From contig OZ210885.1 in the NCBI GenBank assembly GCA_964658305.1, positions 22,940,001-23,004,000 on the forward strand: 64,000 nucleotides of DNA. The letters run 5' to 3'. Source of the stretch: Leptogorgia sarmentosa (lineage: Eukaryota). The position numbers were made by a program, and so were the translations under genes. The notes below the pieces were generated by a model. The model was given only the letters and a program-made list of their open reading frames with translations, ran no database searches and was not told the DNA's origin. Numbering within the stretch: position 1 is the first letter of the stretch; each line of letters opens with the position of its first letter. Shown piece by piece: positions 1-12,910 of this stretch.

Positions 1-389
1 TTATATATATGCATCTCTCGTATTCTCCCAGAAAAGCACTTTCGTTCTTCATTTCTTAATTAATCCACATCCCCTATAGGTAGAGAACTGCAAAAATGTT
101 GCAAAAAAATACATAGCTTGAGAAATTTCAAGGAAGGGGGTAAAAATAATCCATTTCCAGGCAAGGGCAAAGGGCATTTTCCAAAAATCTCTCGGAAATT
201 CCTGGGGTTACCGTTGAAAACTTAGTTTTCAGGAATTCCAGGGGAGTGTCAAAGTTTAAAGGTCAAGTGTCGTCCATAGAGGTGGAGCTGGCAAAACGAG
301 ACTTATTCCATGCCTGCTATGCCAGGTGTTAACAAAACAACAATTTTAACTGAATTACGAGTTAACTCATTGATCTTATATTTTTTTAT

Positions 390-745
390 TCATAATGGAG
401 GAACATCTGTTTATATGGCGCCAGAAATACTTATCAAATCATGCCGATTAGAAGTGGCTAGTTTCGAGAATTTGCAAAAAGTTGATATTTGGGCATTTGG
501 TGCTCTTCAATCTGGTTAACCAAATTTGAAATACCCGTTTCAAATAGATCTGGTTAAGGAGACACCGATACTTGAACAACTCCCTGATATTTTGCTCCAA
601 CGTGAATCCGAGTGAATCGCCGAAATATTCCCTTCAAAGAGAAACAATCTGGGGTCCAATCATGGCACTCAAAGAGAAATGCATTATGTTTAGCCCTGCA
701 TCTCGACCTACTGCTTCCGAAGTTTCTGATGAATTTCGTCTGCTT
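390..745 (+). pseudogene. Protein kinase C-lobe fragment, frameshifted; probable 5' part of the MULE gene continuing at 14923
   Basis: GGTSVYMAPE (subdomain VIII), KVDIWAFG (IX), PASRPTASEV (XI, next frame); followed by small AG/GT-bounded exon candidates at about 914-989 and 1496-1570. Confidence 0.7.
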
Positions 746-1620
746 CTTGCAAAGGGTAATAATGTAGTGATCTCCAAAAATGTGATGTCACCAACTGTGG
801 AAAAAGGGTTAGTTTCGATTTTTTATCCTAATTATTTAATAGCCAATTTACAATCAATCATCATGCAACTCTCTATTCATCTTACCGTTTATATGCATCT
901 AATTTCAAAACAGGGAGCAGTTAAGAAAAGAAAAACAAGAAGGCGATCATGTTATCGATCTTACAAATGAGAAGAGCGTAAGCCAACGGTAATTACCAAG
1001 ATGGTCATCTTGAATTTTAATTATTTAAGAAGGCTCCGTACGGTTTTATCTTCAATGGTTTGTTTCTCGTGTATGTTCGTAAATTTTGAAAAACTATTTA
1101 ACTGCGAAATCTCGCAAAAAAATGTTAAATTTCATGCAGTTGCACACAAAAAGTTCGCCACCAATTATACCCCAGATTTATACAGAAAATAAAAATTAAA
1201 GATGCCATAATAGCCATAATAGCGCAAACCCAACTTGAAGAAAAGTCCAGTGAAGAAATATGATTTTTCTCCTTTAATTATAGGAACGAATATGGTCAAG
1301 GTGTTCCAGTTATTGATCTGACAAATCTGGTAGAACAAGACAATCAAAACGATAAACCCAAGTATAAGCTTACTGTCTTTTGACCTCATTCTCTTTTGAT
1401 CACAACTTATTTTACCTTTTTTTACTACACTACAGCCAATACTACTGAGGATGAGCTCGTGTTCGAACCAAAATGACAAACTCGTTTTTGTTTAGGTTGT
1501 CAGAGAAGCGAACTACGGAGATGAGCAATAGATCAGAATATCTGACCAGAAAAACCATAAATTCAAAACGGTACGCAATCAGAGACTACAGATAGAGTTT
1601 ATGATACAGTATCACCTAAA

Positions 1621-2771
1621 GGCAGTTTCCTCGGGTAGAAGAGCACAGACTACGTCACAAACGGAAAATATTAATATTTAATAGTCTGTATATACATGAA
1701 CATGCTTCGTTTAAACAACGTGTTACGTGTAAGGCCAGAAACCTCACCTGTAAAGTCAGTTCACACTTACGAATGTTAAATAATAACGCAAGTTCATACA
1801 GTCCATAATTATGTTCACAAGTTTACAATCCACACCGTTCACACAAAGCTAACAAGTCCACAGTCCACACCATACATGATTGTGCTTACAAGTATACTGT
1901 CCACGCTTAAGTTTAAGAGTCCACATCATTCACACTTGTGCTTACAAGTCCACAGTCCACACTGTCCACACTTGTGCTTACAAGTCCACACTTGTGTTTA
2001 CAAGTCCACAGTCCACACTGTCCACAGTCCACACTGTCCACATTTAAGTTTACAAGTCCACACTGTCCACACTTGTGCTTACAAGTCCACAGTCCACACT
2101 GTCCACACTTGTGCTTACAAGTCCACAGTCCACACTGTCCACATTTAAGTTTACAAGTCCACAGTCCACACTGTCCACACTTAAGTTTACAAGTCCACAG
2201 TCCACACTGTCCACATTGAAGTTTACAGGTCCACATTGAAGTTTACAGGTCCACAGTCCACACTTGTGCTTACAAGTCCACAGTCCACACTGTCCACACT
2301 TGTGCTTACAAGTCCACAGTCCACACTGTCCACACTTGTGCTTACAAGTCCACAGTCCACACTGTCCACATTTAAGTTTACAAGTCCACAGTCCACACTT
2401 GTGCTTACAAGGCCACAGTCCACACTGTCCACACTTAAGTTTACAAGGCCACAGTCCACACTGTCCACACTTACGTTAATAAGTCCACAGTCCACACTTA
2501 AGTTCACAAGCCCACAGTCCACACTTGTGCTTGAGGCTGGTTTTCATTAGTCGGCGACACTGTGCCCTTACGACTGTCGCGAAGCCGGTCGCCGACTCTC
2601 GCAACAAAACATTTTTTTAAATTTTATCACGACCATCGGCGACAGTCACAGATGAACTGCGGCAAGCGGTTTTCAAGCGGTTTTCATCCGTCTTAAACCT
2701 CTTACGACAGCCTAAATGCAAGATCGCCGACCGTCACCGACTAATGAAAACCAGCCCTTACAAGTCCACAA
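1621..2771 (+). repeat. Left TIR: about 320 bp unique end plus GTCCACA-based tandem array (unit about 36 bp)
   Basis: Reverse complement of about 14020-14885; repeated CTTACAAGTCCACAGTCCACACTGTCCACACTTGTG. Confidence 0.92.
2534..2757. mobile_element. PIF/Harbinger-like MITE inserted in the left TIR array
   Basis: TIRs AGGCTGGTTTTCATTAGTCGGCGAC / GTCACCGACTAATGAAAACCAGCCC; flanks TTG and TTA inside a repeat unit. Confidence 0.7.
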
Positions 2772-2776
2772 TCTAA

Positions 2777-5472
2777 TTAGTATTTGACATTTTGCGACAC
2801 CTGATTAAGATAGATTTGTCTGAATAAATCAGAACCTTTACATATAATGTCAACTTGCTTGTCAACAGATCGAGAAGACTTCTTTGATAAAGGCAAGTCA
2901 ATCGAAAGCGCGAGAACAATGTCTACCATTACATTATAAAGTACAGGTATATCCAATTCGTCTAATGTATGTGCCACTTTGATAAACGAATCGACCATGT
3001 TTTGTAATAAGAATTTTTCAAGAAGTGACCATTTCGGACAACATGGTTGTTCGCCTCGCTCCAGCAAATACGAAAGGTTGTCCTGATGCAACTTCTGGAA
3101 GGAATGCTTTTCTCTTTGTCGTTTTTGAGGAACGCCATGAGGGATCGATTCAGAGGGACGCGATCCCAAAGGATTGCCACATCTGCTGCACTTACACAGG
3201 TCGGAGCATTCTACATGGCTCCTATAACAAGGACATTGACTTCGACGACCACTAGGCACTTGGTTGCAAAATGTGCGATCACTCTTTCCTTTTGCTCCTC
3301 CTTTACCACATTTACAACCTTTCTTGTCTTGCACCAGATTAGAATCACTTACATCAAAATCAGTTGGGCCGCCGGTGGCGCCACGATTTACTTCATCTGT
3401 TGAAGACGAAACAGGAGTAACTGCATCATAATGACCACAATCACTGTGGTTGAATGCAACGTATATTGGCTCTGGAGTAAGCCGTGTATCTCTAGGTATA
3501 ATAGGAATAACTGGCATCTGTTCCATGGAGGTAAACAGCACAATGTTTATCTTTAAAACATTTGCCAAAGCCATAACCATAAGATTACCACATGCTCCAG
3601 AGAACGAACCGGGTGATTTGTAGGTCAGGGCAATCTCTTCGAACTTCGCATCAGCTAAGGACATAAAAGGTTCGTATTCCTCTGAATTGTTTAACCCTTC
3701 TTGGACCATCGCTGATCTGAGACTAATCACTCTATCTAACATCGCTGCATTAACATTAACCAAATGGAGTGTCTTCAAATGTTCATAGAATTTGGCTGGC
3801 TTTGTAGCGTTATCAATGGCGTATATAATAGATGTGAACAAGCAATCTCCATCCGGAGGTATTGAATGAAGCATCATTTTGAACCTTGCAATCACTTCAT
3901 TTAGCCGTTTCGCATTGTCTTCGTTTCTTTCAGGTGATGTGAAAGCACTTTCAAATGCAAATAGTGCAGGTGACGTCAAATGAGACAGCTGCCCGACGTC
4001 AAAGTGGGAAAGATTTTCTTTTGCCGTTAATTTGTTTGAAATTACATAGAAACTTATTGTTCTTGTAAGCAAGGTAATCACGTCATCTGCACCCAGACAA
4101 AAATCTCTTTCATTTAATATGTCATTCAAAACTTCTTTATCAAAGGATATGGATATCATACTACTTAGATCAGAAAGGTTATTTGCTTTGTGGTACAACA
4201 AAGGCAGGGTATTCTCACAAATAGCTCCAACTGCGGATATTCCAATACCAAAGTTCTCACAGATTTCATCCGATTTCGTGGTACTATGAAAGGCCTGTAC
4301 TGGTGGTATAACTTTTACTTTCTTACTATTAATCATGACTGATCTTTTTGCATTCCACATATATAGAAGTGTTGACAGTAGAGCGACTGCTAGTCGGACA
4401 CCTATTTGAGGTCTACTAACAAGATGTCTTAAGTGCTTGTGCATGCATTCATTTCTTTCTGTACCATATCCGGGCGGTATACCTGAAAGACAGCCTTTCT
4501 GGAATATGAACTTTTAGTTTTACAATCTGCTGTAATGTTTGCGACGAAAGGACTGGTTTCTCATTAAACGTTATGTCTTTCCACTGCAATAAAAAATCAT
4601 CCAGATTTTTTGTGATAAGATTTGGTGGTGGCGTCGCCATTGTGCGATTTTCCCCGTGGTCTTCTGGGTTTCTAAATACTCTGCTAAATGCTGTGATACA
4701 TGGATGTGCAAATGGATGCCGTTTAGAGATAGCCATCACAACACGTTGGACAGCATGAAATAGATCCAACTTTACGACAAGCGACTCTGAAAAACCCGAT
4801 TGCAACTTGGCTTTCCACGAACAACAATTGTCAATAAAACAAAGATTAACAGACTTTCCTTGTTTATCAAACCGTTTCTTAAGGTTAAAGAAAAGAGTTT
4901 CAACGGTAGCAAAAGCAGTACCCTTTGTCAGTTGCCAACTAATAACTTCCCCATTTTCATTCATCACAAAGAATACGGAGTCATACTGCCTTTCCCATTT
5001 GCCATCCGATTTGCGCTTCAGTCCAATATTTGAGGCAATTTTAAAAGTATGATCACAGCTGAACGATGTGGCAGATAGCTGACTCATACGAATATTATAA
5101 AGATGTTCTTTCTCTTTAAAGTCGTAAAGAAAACAGTCAGATACTATGTTATCACTAGGTCCTTCGTAATCTTTAACTGGCTCCAAAGGTAATTGCAACA
5201 ATTGTTCAACAGCATTGGGGTTGCCCTTAAGAAACAGCTCCTTTGCTTTTTCATAGTGCCTTCTTCTGTCTGTGTATGCATTCATGTACCTTTGCTTTAC
5301 CATCTGTTCAATCTGATCCATACTTAATCCAGCTGATACACAAGATACGACTGTACTTACCAGTTCACTTGTAACACCAGTTACGTGGGAGAGGACAAAA
5401 GGTAATGTCGTTTGAGGTAAAGATTCGGTCAAACTCACGTCATGTCCTATGATTTCGTGCTGCCGATCACAC
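2777..5472 (-). pseudogene. DDE transposase (MULE-like, DxxH type) fused to OTU protease-like and CXC domains; last exon with one +1 frameshift near 4502
   Basis: CDHTFK, FIDNCC, LDLFHAVQR, then after the frameshift GCLSGIPPGYGTERNECMHKH; OTU motifs IPPDGDCLF and CGHYDAV; CXC CKCG..CPC..C..LCKCSRCGNP; splice acceptor at 5474-5473. Confidence 0.8.
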
Positions 5473-6592
5473 CTGTTGGCGGTTGGACACCAGAAAACCA
5501 AATAAAAGAATGTCATCAATATGATCAATTTAATTATGAAAACTGCCTATTAAATATTGAAATAAGGTTAGGTTAACATTTGATCGCGCATGTACGATTT
5601 TTAAGTGCTACCTATATAAGTCCTAGTATGTGGACTCTTGTATGTTTTTCCATATATATTGTACTATTTATACGGTTCATTCCAGGATAAAATAGTGAAA
5701 GAAACTTTCAAATCATTACAGTCCAGCTGTAGTGGAGGCGATGCTAATTAGGAAAGATTTGTGACATTTTGATCGTATGTTCTCACTTTTAGGGGGGGGG
5801 GGGGCTTGATACCGCTTTGCCCGAAATGCTGAAATGATTCCAAATAAATTTCCCAAAAAGGTTGGGAAGCGCTTACTTGTTCACACTTTACAAATTTTTA
5901 AATCCTCGTTCGTTACCTATTGCATTTTTACTCAAATTTGCCAGAACGTTAAAAACTAGATTCATATTTATAATCTGACACTGCTGACTTGCACCTTTGG
6001 GTTTGTGTACTGTCGCTCTACCTATTGAACTATCGAACTAACAGGGACTGCTAGGAGAGCCTGTGTGCAGGCTAGACATAATTGCAAAAATATACAAACG
6101 TTTTTTCAGGATTTTACTCAGAAAAATAAAGAATTCTCATTATAGATTTATTTTTATCTGACCAAGAAGAACGAAATCTGTCACAACTTCAAAAATATTG
6201 CAAAATAAGGAAAATATAATCTTTTGAAGCTGGTAAATTTTGTATACTTAGCTTAAAATTTGTATTACACACGGAAAACAAATATACAATTGGTCTCCTT
6301 GCGTACTTGCTTTCTACGCGTAATATGAAAGTATACAAACTTTGCAAGGCTATATTAATTTACCTTTGTTTTACAATATTTTGCAACCAACCTTTGTAAT
6401 TTTACTAAATATAGGATGCTCTTTCAAGCTGTGATAAAATTTGCTTAGTTCGAATTTTTTCAAAATTCCATCTAAGAGGTGAAGGGTCCATTTCCTATCA
6501 CTTTTCTCATTTATTTAAAAAAGCTGCTCCAGTCTAAATATACATATGCGTAGGAAGCATCATTGGAATGGCATGGGATACATTGTGGGATA

Positions 6593-6898
6593 CCGTATTC
6601 TTATTCATTTCAGGACCTATAGAGGGAGGGGGGCTTATTGGAGAGGGGGGCTTAATTGAGATGGGGGCGCTTATTTTAATCATCCATGAAATCAGCAATG
6701 GAGATTATCTCTTTGAACTGTAATAAACTCAAAATCATTACACAGATCAGTATATATCATATAACAAAAACATAATAATACTAGGAGGGGGGCTTATTAG
6801 AGAGGGGGGGGGCTTATTTCATTTTTCCACTTCAAAATGGGGGGCTTATTGGAGAGAGGGGGCTTATTTGAGAAGGGGGCTAAATAGAGAGAAAACGG
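6593..6898. mobile_element. Tc1/mariner(pogo)-like MITE with GGGGGCTTATT repeats
   Basis: TA|CCGT ... ACGG|TA termini, TA TSD. Confidence 0.6.
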
Positions 6899-7047
6899 TA
6901 TGTGTGCGAGTTCATTTCTGTAGTTATTTTTGGCCGGGTCACATGCAGTGCTCTCACAACCAAATTTTGAAATTCCTTAGAACTCCAAAATTCCTCAGAA
7001 TTTCCCAAAATTCCTTAAATGACTCATTTATCTTTGTAAAATACCCC

Positions 7048-7129
7048 AAGCCTGCGTGGCGGCGCTATTTTGGGGGAGAGCGAGAGTCTTTTCTCTCGCC
7101 CTCCCCAAATAGCGCCGCCACGCAGGCTA
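7048..7129. mobile_element. Short palindromic AcademH-type MITE
   Basis: AAGCCTGCGTGGCGGCGCTATTT / AAATAGCGCCGCCACGCAGGCTA; degenerate 9-bp flanks AAATACCCC / AAATAAACC. Confidence 0.55.
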
Positions 7130-7657
7130 AAATAAACCCACAAGGCCTTCATAACCATAAGGCCTTAATCCTGCATTTTTCCTTGATCATTATTATAATT
7201 TTGTTTTAGTCCTTTACAGTCTTTACAAAAAGCACGTTTTACAGTTTTACTCTCAATGAGTGACAGACGTCTGCAAATGATGGATTTAACACTGTTTAAT
7301 ATGAAAGTGTGCCAGGGGCTTTCTTCAAGGATTTTTCAGTGGAGAGGCCAACTTAACCTCCTGCGCAGCTAGGGTCTAGTACGCAAAGTGACACTGGAGA
7401 AAAGAAAGTGGCTAATATGTGACTATGTATACACGTTTTCAGGCCTGATGGCCCTCCGAGAAAATTTTTCCATTTTTGAGCTCCCTAGTCCCTACACTTG
7501 ATTTACTACAATTTCAGCATTATTTTTGCTGTTTTTAGACACAAAGTGACGTTTCAAAAAGGCTCTAAAACTGCGAAAAGTCTTAATTAAAAAATCCTTA
7601 AAAAATTCCTTAAAAATGGAATTCCTTAAAAAAATCCTTAAAACTTTGCAAAATTCC

Positions 7658-7835
7658 TAGCCTCCTCCGCAGGCATCTCTAGGGTTTTATTAGGGATTTT
7701 TGTAGTTAGCTCGCAGATTTTAGGGGGTTTAGCCCGCAAGTGGGTAGGGCGAGTAAAAAAGTCGCAGCCTACCTACTCGCGGGCTAACTACAAAAATCCC
7801 TAATAAAACCCTAGAGATGCCTGCGGAGGAGGCTA
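7658..7835. mobile_element. Palindromic MITE with TAG termini and 9-bp TSD (AcademH-type)
   Basis: TAGCCTCCTCCGCAGGCATCTCTAGGG / CCCTAGAGATGCCTGCGGAGGAGGCTA; TSD CAAAATTCC at 7649-7657 and 7836-7844. Confidence 0.85.
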
Positions 7836-7932
7836 CAAAATTCCTATTTCTAAGGAAAAATCCTTAGAAGTGAGAGCACTTGTCACATGACACTAAACAT
7901 TTCCCGCGCAAACGAAGTACCTTGCGTATGTG

Positions 7933-10900
7933 ATGGCGTCTACTCCGAAACGATCGAAAAGTTCCACTATTACTGACGAAAAAGTCATAGAAATAGCCAA
8001 AAATGCCTCAGAAATTACAATACCATGGGAGTCAGTAGCACCCCCATATTTTGTTCAATGGCTAGATATGTTTTCGCGCTCACACGGCGTTGTAAAAGAG
8101 CTGATGTTTATGTCAATCTTGCCAGCAGTATCAAGTCTACTTGGCTCAAAATCTTGCGTTCGTCCGTCAGAAGCTAGTCCATACGAAGAAAATCTTTCCT
8201 TCTTTAGTTTATGCATTTCACCTCCGAATGCTGGAAAAAGCCAAGCATTTAAACATGGTTGTAAAATCCCAATTCAGCACGTTGAGAAGTCGAATGAAAC
8301 ATGTATTCTGCTCGACAAGTTTACTGATGCTGGACTAAGACATCATCTGCAATCATATAACAGACTTGCGGCCATAATCAAAGACGAATGCTACGATACT
8401 TTTAAACAAATACTTACAGAGAAGCAAATGGGAACGCTTTGCAGGGTATTTGACGGCGACTCCTTAGTCACAACAACTGGAGGAAGTGGTGTCACTCGTC
8501 TTAGTACTGAAAGCACCTCGGTCAGTATGGGCGGATTTATTCAAGTCAAAAACTTTTTAAGTGAAATCTATCCAGCTTTATCTGCAACAAAGAATGTTCT
8601 TGACCAACGATTCGTGTATTCTGTCATAAAACCAAAAGCCTTCACGCGTAAAGAAAGCGAGCCGTACGTCCGACAATTGCAGGAAGCGAATGTTAAGGAT
8701 CTCTGTGAGATATATGACGCAATTTATCGAGATCACAAAGACGGGGTTGAATATACTCTCACTGACGAAGCGCTGAAAGCCTACGACTCCTTTGACGAGA
8801 AAACATGCCAGGAAATAAACAGCCAGTGGGACGCTGGTGAAATTGCATCTTACGATGGCGAGATTGGAAAAGACTGTAGGCAGGTACTGTATAAATAATA
8901 TCTTAGTAGGTAAATGTGTGCTCATACAAAATACGAAAAACGTATTATGTGTTATTTATTAAAACGTATTATGAAAAACGTATTATGTGTTATTTATTTG
9001 TTATTTATTAAAACGTATTATGTGTTATTGTGTCATGTCATGTTTAGCGGTAATCTGTTCTTCATAATTAAATCCATTTTTTGCACTTCAAAAGTTAATT
9101 ATTAAAGTTCATGCATGCTCAAAGCAAATTCAAATGAATGCGAAAGTGAAGCTAAATGTCTTGAAATTGTTTAATTTAAACACAAAGTTTAAAAAAATAA
9201 TAACTGTTGGCAAGGCCAGCAATGAATGTTACCAGGTCTTGTAGGTGATGTAGGTCTTGAAGTACAGTTATAGCTTATGTTATTCAGGGGTGTGGTGGAG
9301 GGGGGGGACTCACTGACCCCCTTGTTAAAATTTTCCTTCAATTTTGGGGGGGGGGGGTGGGGGTGGAGCCCCCCTTTAAGATTTTTGATCCGGACAGTAA
9401 TAATCTGTGATAATATGCTGAATTTTAGCTAATTTGTTAAGATTTGGTATTGTTTTACATTCGAAATACAGTTATTTAATTTACAATTATACTTCTCTTC
9501 CATGAAGGTCAAACCAGTACTAGCTTGTCCTTTTCCTATTCAGTGGTATTTTGACTAATAAGTCCTGTAGTGATTGTATTCTCATTTCCTCATATGATAA
9601 AGCCATAAGATTGCTGGCAGTTGGGTTTTACAATCCCAGCAAAAATTTAAAATTAAACATTTTCCTTTGGGTAATGCCCAAGACCTCTTATAAATAGCCC
9701 CCCCCCTTGTTAATATTTCAGGACTACACCCCTGATGTTATTATTACAGTACCTTAGTTCAATGCCATTGCCATTCAGTTTCAAAATGTAATTAATGGTT
9801 TGCAACTTGTATGACTGATCAGAAATGAAGAGGTTAGTTTCGTCATGTGTAAAAATAGTAATTGATTCATTCTTTTTTAGGTTCTAAGGCTCATTGTTAT
9901 ATTGTATGTTACCTATACATACATGCGCAGAGCGCATTTTGCATACTATGGGCCAGTTTCAAGGGAGATAGAAAAATCTTATGTTGAGTTTGCAGTTTGC
10001 CTGGTTGAATCTTTCTTTCGGAAACAGAAAGCAACCATAGACAAGGTGAGTGTCCAGTACTCAGGTATTTTTTAGTATAAATGACAACTCATTTTAATAA
10101 ATCTTTATACTACCTAAAGGACGTCATGTTTCCAAACATGTAAGAATTGACAAATATATCATCTAGTTTTCCAATTGCATTATTTTTTATCTTTTCCTGG
10201 AGGGGGGGGGGGGTCTTGGAAACCCAAAGTCTTGTTTTGGGTCCTCATAATAGTTCTGAGTGAATTGTTGTTATTTACAGCTATTTGCATATATGTTCTC
10301 AGCTTAGGATGAATGATTTGATCATTGAAAAATATATATAATGCTAATTAAGCTTCAAAAACATGTCTGCCATGAGACAAAGTAAAATTACAAGTGGTCT
10401 TATAAATTAAGTTTTGGTCAATTTTTTCCAATTGCTTTATTTATAGCTTGTATCTTGGGTAGGAATGAATAATAAAGCATTATGCCAATTAGACAACTCT
10501 ACTCCATTGTCATTTAGATGTTTATGAACAGATAATCATCTCAGTGGAGCCTTATTGTCTAATTGTCAATTAGCCCACTATGCTTTAACATGGCTTAAAT
10601 ATGCCCCTGAGCATACAATGAAGAAAGGTGTGGAGATAACTTGGGAATAGCGGGTTTATTTTATAAGCAGGGTGCTAAATTGCTTTACTTATTTTACATG
10701 TATTAATCAGAATTATGATGTCAATTCTACAGATTGTAGAGTGTCCCACAAGCAATAAAAATGTTGCTGTGAAGATTAAAATACTGGAACACGCTGGTCC
10801 TGTTGTTAACTTGAGGACTCTCCGCAATAAATACAACTCAAGCAAGAGACCACCAAAAGATGCTATTGAGGATGCAATGGCAGATCTGCAACATGAAGGG

Positions 10901-11140
10901 CTAGGTGATTTCATAAGAAGTGGTAACAACTCGGCATTCATAAAACAGGTACCCAACAAGGTTAATGAATCTGAGAATTTGACACCATACAAAATGTCAA
11001 TTGGGCAATATACTAGTGCATTCTGTCGTAAGAATTATGATTTACCCAATAACCTCAGAGGATCATTGCTATCAAAAAGCATTTTAGATGAAGCTATAAC
11101 CAATTTTTTTGAAGAAGAGAAGGAAAAGCAATCCACTTGA
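7933..11140 (+). CDS. Spliced DUF3987/YfjI-like P-loop ATPase; exons about 7933-8883, 9881-10045, 10733-11140; possible frameshift in exon 2
   Basis: Walker A ISPPNAGKSQ, Walker B AIIKDE, MGGFIQ and DQRF motifs; GT-AG sites at 8884, 9879-80, 10046, 10731-32; basic helical C-terminal region. Confidence 0.7.
9285..9734. mobile_element. hAT-type MITE in intron 1 of the ATPase gene
   Basis: CAGGGGTGTGG ... CTACACCCCTG; 8-bp TSD ATGTTATT at 9277-9284 and 9735-9742. Confidence 0.8.
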
Positions 11141-11279
11141 GTGCATTTGAAACTGATTGATGACATTATTGATGATAAACGGTTGATATTTATTAAAAAA
11201 TTGCATTGAAGCTGAACGTTGCTGGAAACTAATTAGCTTGCAATTGAAGTGTCCCATCTATTTATTGTCCCATATTTAA

Positions 11280-12175
11280 GGTGGCTCCCTACAGTTTATA
11301 GAAATGATGAAAATGCATAAACTACAATCGCCCACAAAATATATTGAGACTTTCCAAAAACAGCCCCTTCCCCCCAAATTTCAATGTTGTAACCAAGTTA
11401 TTGATGTTAGTGGACAATTATATTAATCACCAGTCATTCCAACGCAATGGCGCTGAGTTTCCGACGTAGAAATTGGTCAATAAATCGCATGCATGACAAA
11501 AACAACACTGAAGCTGGGGGAGAGGGGCGTTTGTCTCAAATATTTTGTGTACGATTGTAGATCAACTCTTTGAAGAGATGATGCTCTCTAGAAATCGAAA
11601 TTTGTATACCATATATACAGCGTCAACCAAACAATTCAAAATTGGTCACAAAAGTGACGTCACCACTGTTGCTATGGCAACAATGACGATTCAATATGGC
11701 CGATATTATGACTTTAAACGCATTTTACTTAGAAAAAAACGGCCGGTTACCCCCATTTTTTATTTCCGAAAACATTTTCTTATAGTACAATAACTATCTG
11801 ACCAATTTTAAAAAAATTCTGTAGTGCCAAATTTTTTAAAAATTTATAAACATGGTTTTTCAAAATAACTTTTTTTGCACTACAGAATTTTTTTAATTGG
11901 TTAGGCAGTTCATTGTACTGTACTAAAATGTTTTTGGGAATAAAAAATGGGGGTAACCGGCCGTTTTTTTAAGTAAAATGCGTTCAAAGCCATAACATCG
12001 GCCATATTTTATCCTCATTGTTGCCATAGCAACACTGGTGACATCACTTTTGTGAACTGTTTGATTGACGCTGTATATATGGTATCCAAATTCGATTTCT
12101 AGAGAGCATCATCTCTTCAAAGAGTTGATCTAGTTTATGCGTTTTCTGCATTTTTATAAACTGTAGGGAGCCACC
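11280..12175. mobile_element. Palindromic Kolobok-like non-autonomous element
   Basis: TTAA|GGTGGCTCCCTACAGTTTATA ... TATAAACTGTAGGGAGCCACC|TAAA; long inverted arms. Confidence 0.7.
11325..11557. mobile_element. Tc1/mariner-like MITE (TA TSD) nested in the palindromic element
   Basis: TA|CAATCG ... CGATTG|TA; empty site preserved in the opposite arm near 12127-12140. Confidence 0.8.
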
Positions 12176-12806
12176 TAAAAAGAAAATGTGGGTACTTTAC
12201 ACTTTACCGTACCCGAGTTAGGGATAGGGTCATGATCAGGGATTGCGTATTTCTGATGACACGTATTATATACGCGTATTACTCGGGTACAGTAAAGTGT
12301 AAAATTTCCGAAAATGTTAGATTATGTATAAGCTCATGTACAATTTGTTTATATTTTGTTTGCTTATATTTTCTTGAAATATTTTGGTTCAAGTTTATGT
12401 TCTTGTTAAAGAAATTGACGCAACAGCACAAACGGGATCATAGCTACAAGGTTTTTATGTTGTTTGTCTTTACTTTAAATTTTGTTTATTGAATAAAAAC
12501 TTTCTAAAAATCTTTGGATTGTTATTTATTAGTTAACAACACATGTAAACTACAGCTAATGATTAGTTCTAGATGGCAGGCAGATCATTTTTTATAACTG
12601 AAATATTTCAGGTGTTTACCTTCATGAAAAATTGGTCAAAACATTTTATAGACAATTACATGTAAGACACCCGCTCAGACGTTAACTCCGCCTGCAAGGC
12701 GGGAATAATTCTACGGTTCAGATATGCAGCCGAGAACTATTCACACCTACTAGGAATCGAGATTTTTATCTTCGACATGCACAAGACACAAAACTTTATC
12801 GAAGCA

Positions 12807-12910
12807 CTAGACGGATTTAGATTGACGACGCGGACGTCAAAGACGACGTGAAAATGGCGTCAAACTGGCGTGGTCTTTGACGTCCGCGTCGTCAATCTAA
12901 ATCTGTCTAG
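12807..12910. repeat. About 100-bp palindrome, MITE-like
   Basis: CTAGACGGATTTAGATTGACGACGCGGACGTCAAAGAC / GTCTTTGACGTCCGCGTCGTCAATCTAAATCTGTCTAG. Confidence 0.7.

Larger units (their letters stand above)
6946..7881. mobile_element. hAT-type non-autonomous element hosting two smaller MITEs
   Basis: TIR CAGTGCTCTCAC / GTGAGAGCACTT; 8-bp TSD GTCACATG at 6938-6945 and 7882-7889. Confidence 0.85.

Noticed and set aside
1876..2550. Cys/His-rich repetitive ORFs (CGQCGLWTCKHK, SPHCPHLCLQVH) and a CRISPR-like appearance
   Set aside because: These are translations of the TIR minisatellite in several frames; there are no unique spacers and no cas genes, and the context is eukaryotic
5985..6040. Minus-strand tRNA-like remnant
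   Set aside because: Only an A-box-like segment is recognisable; too degraded to call
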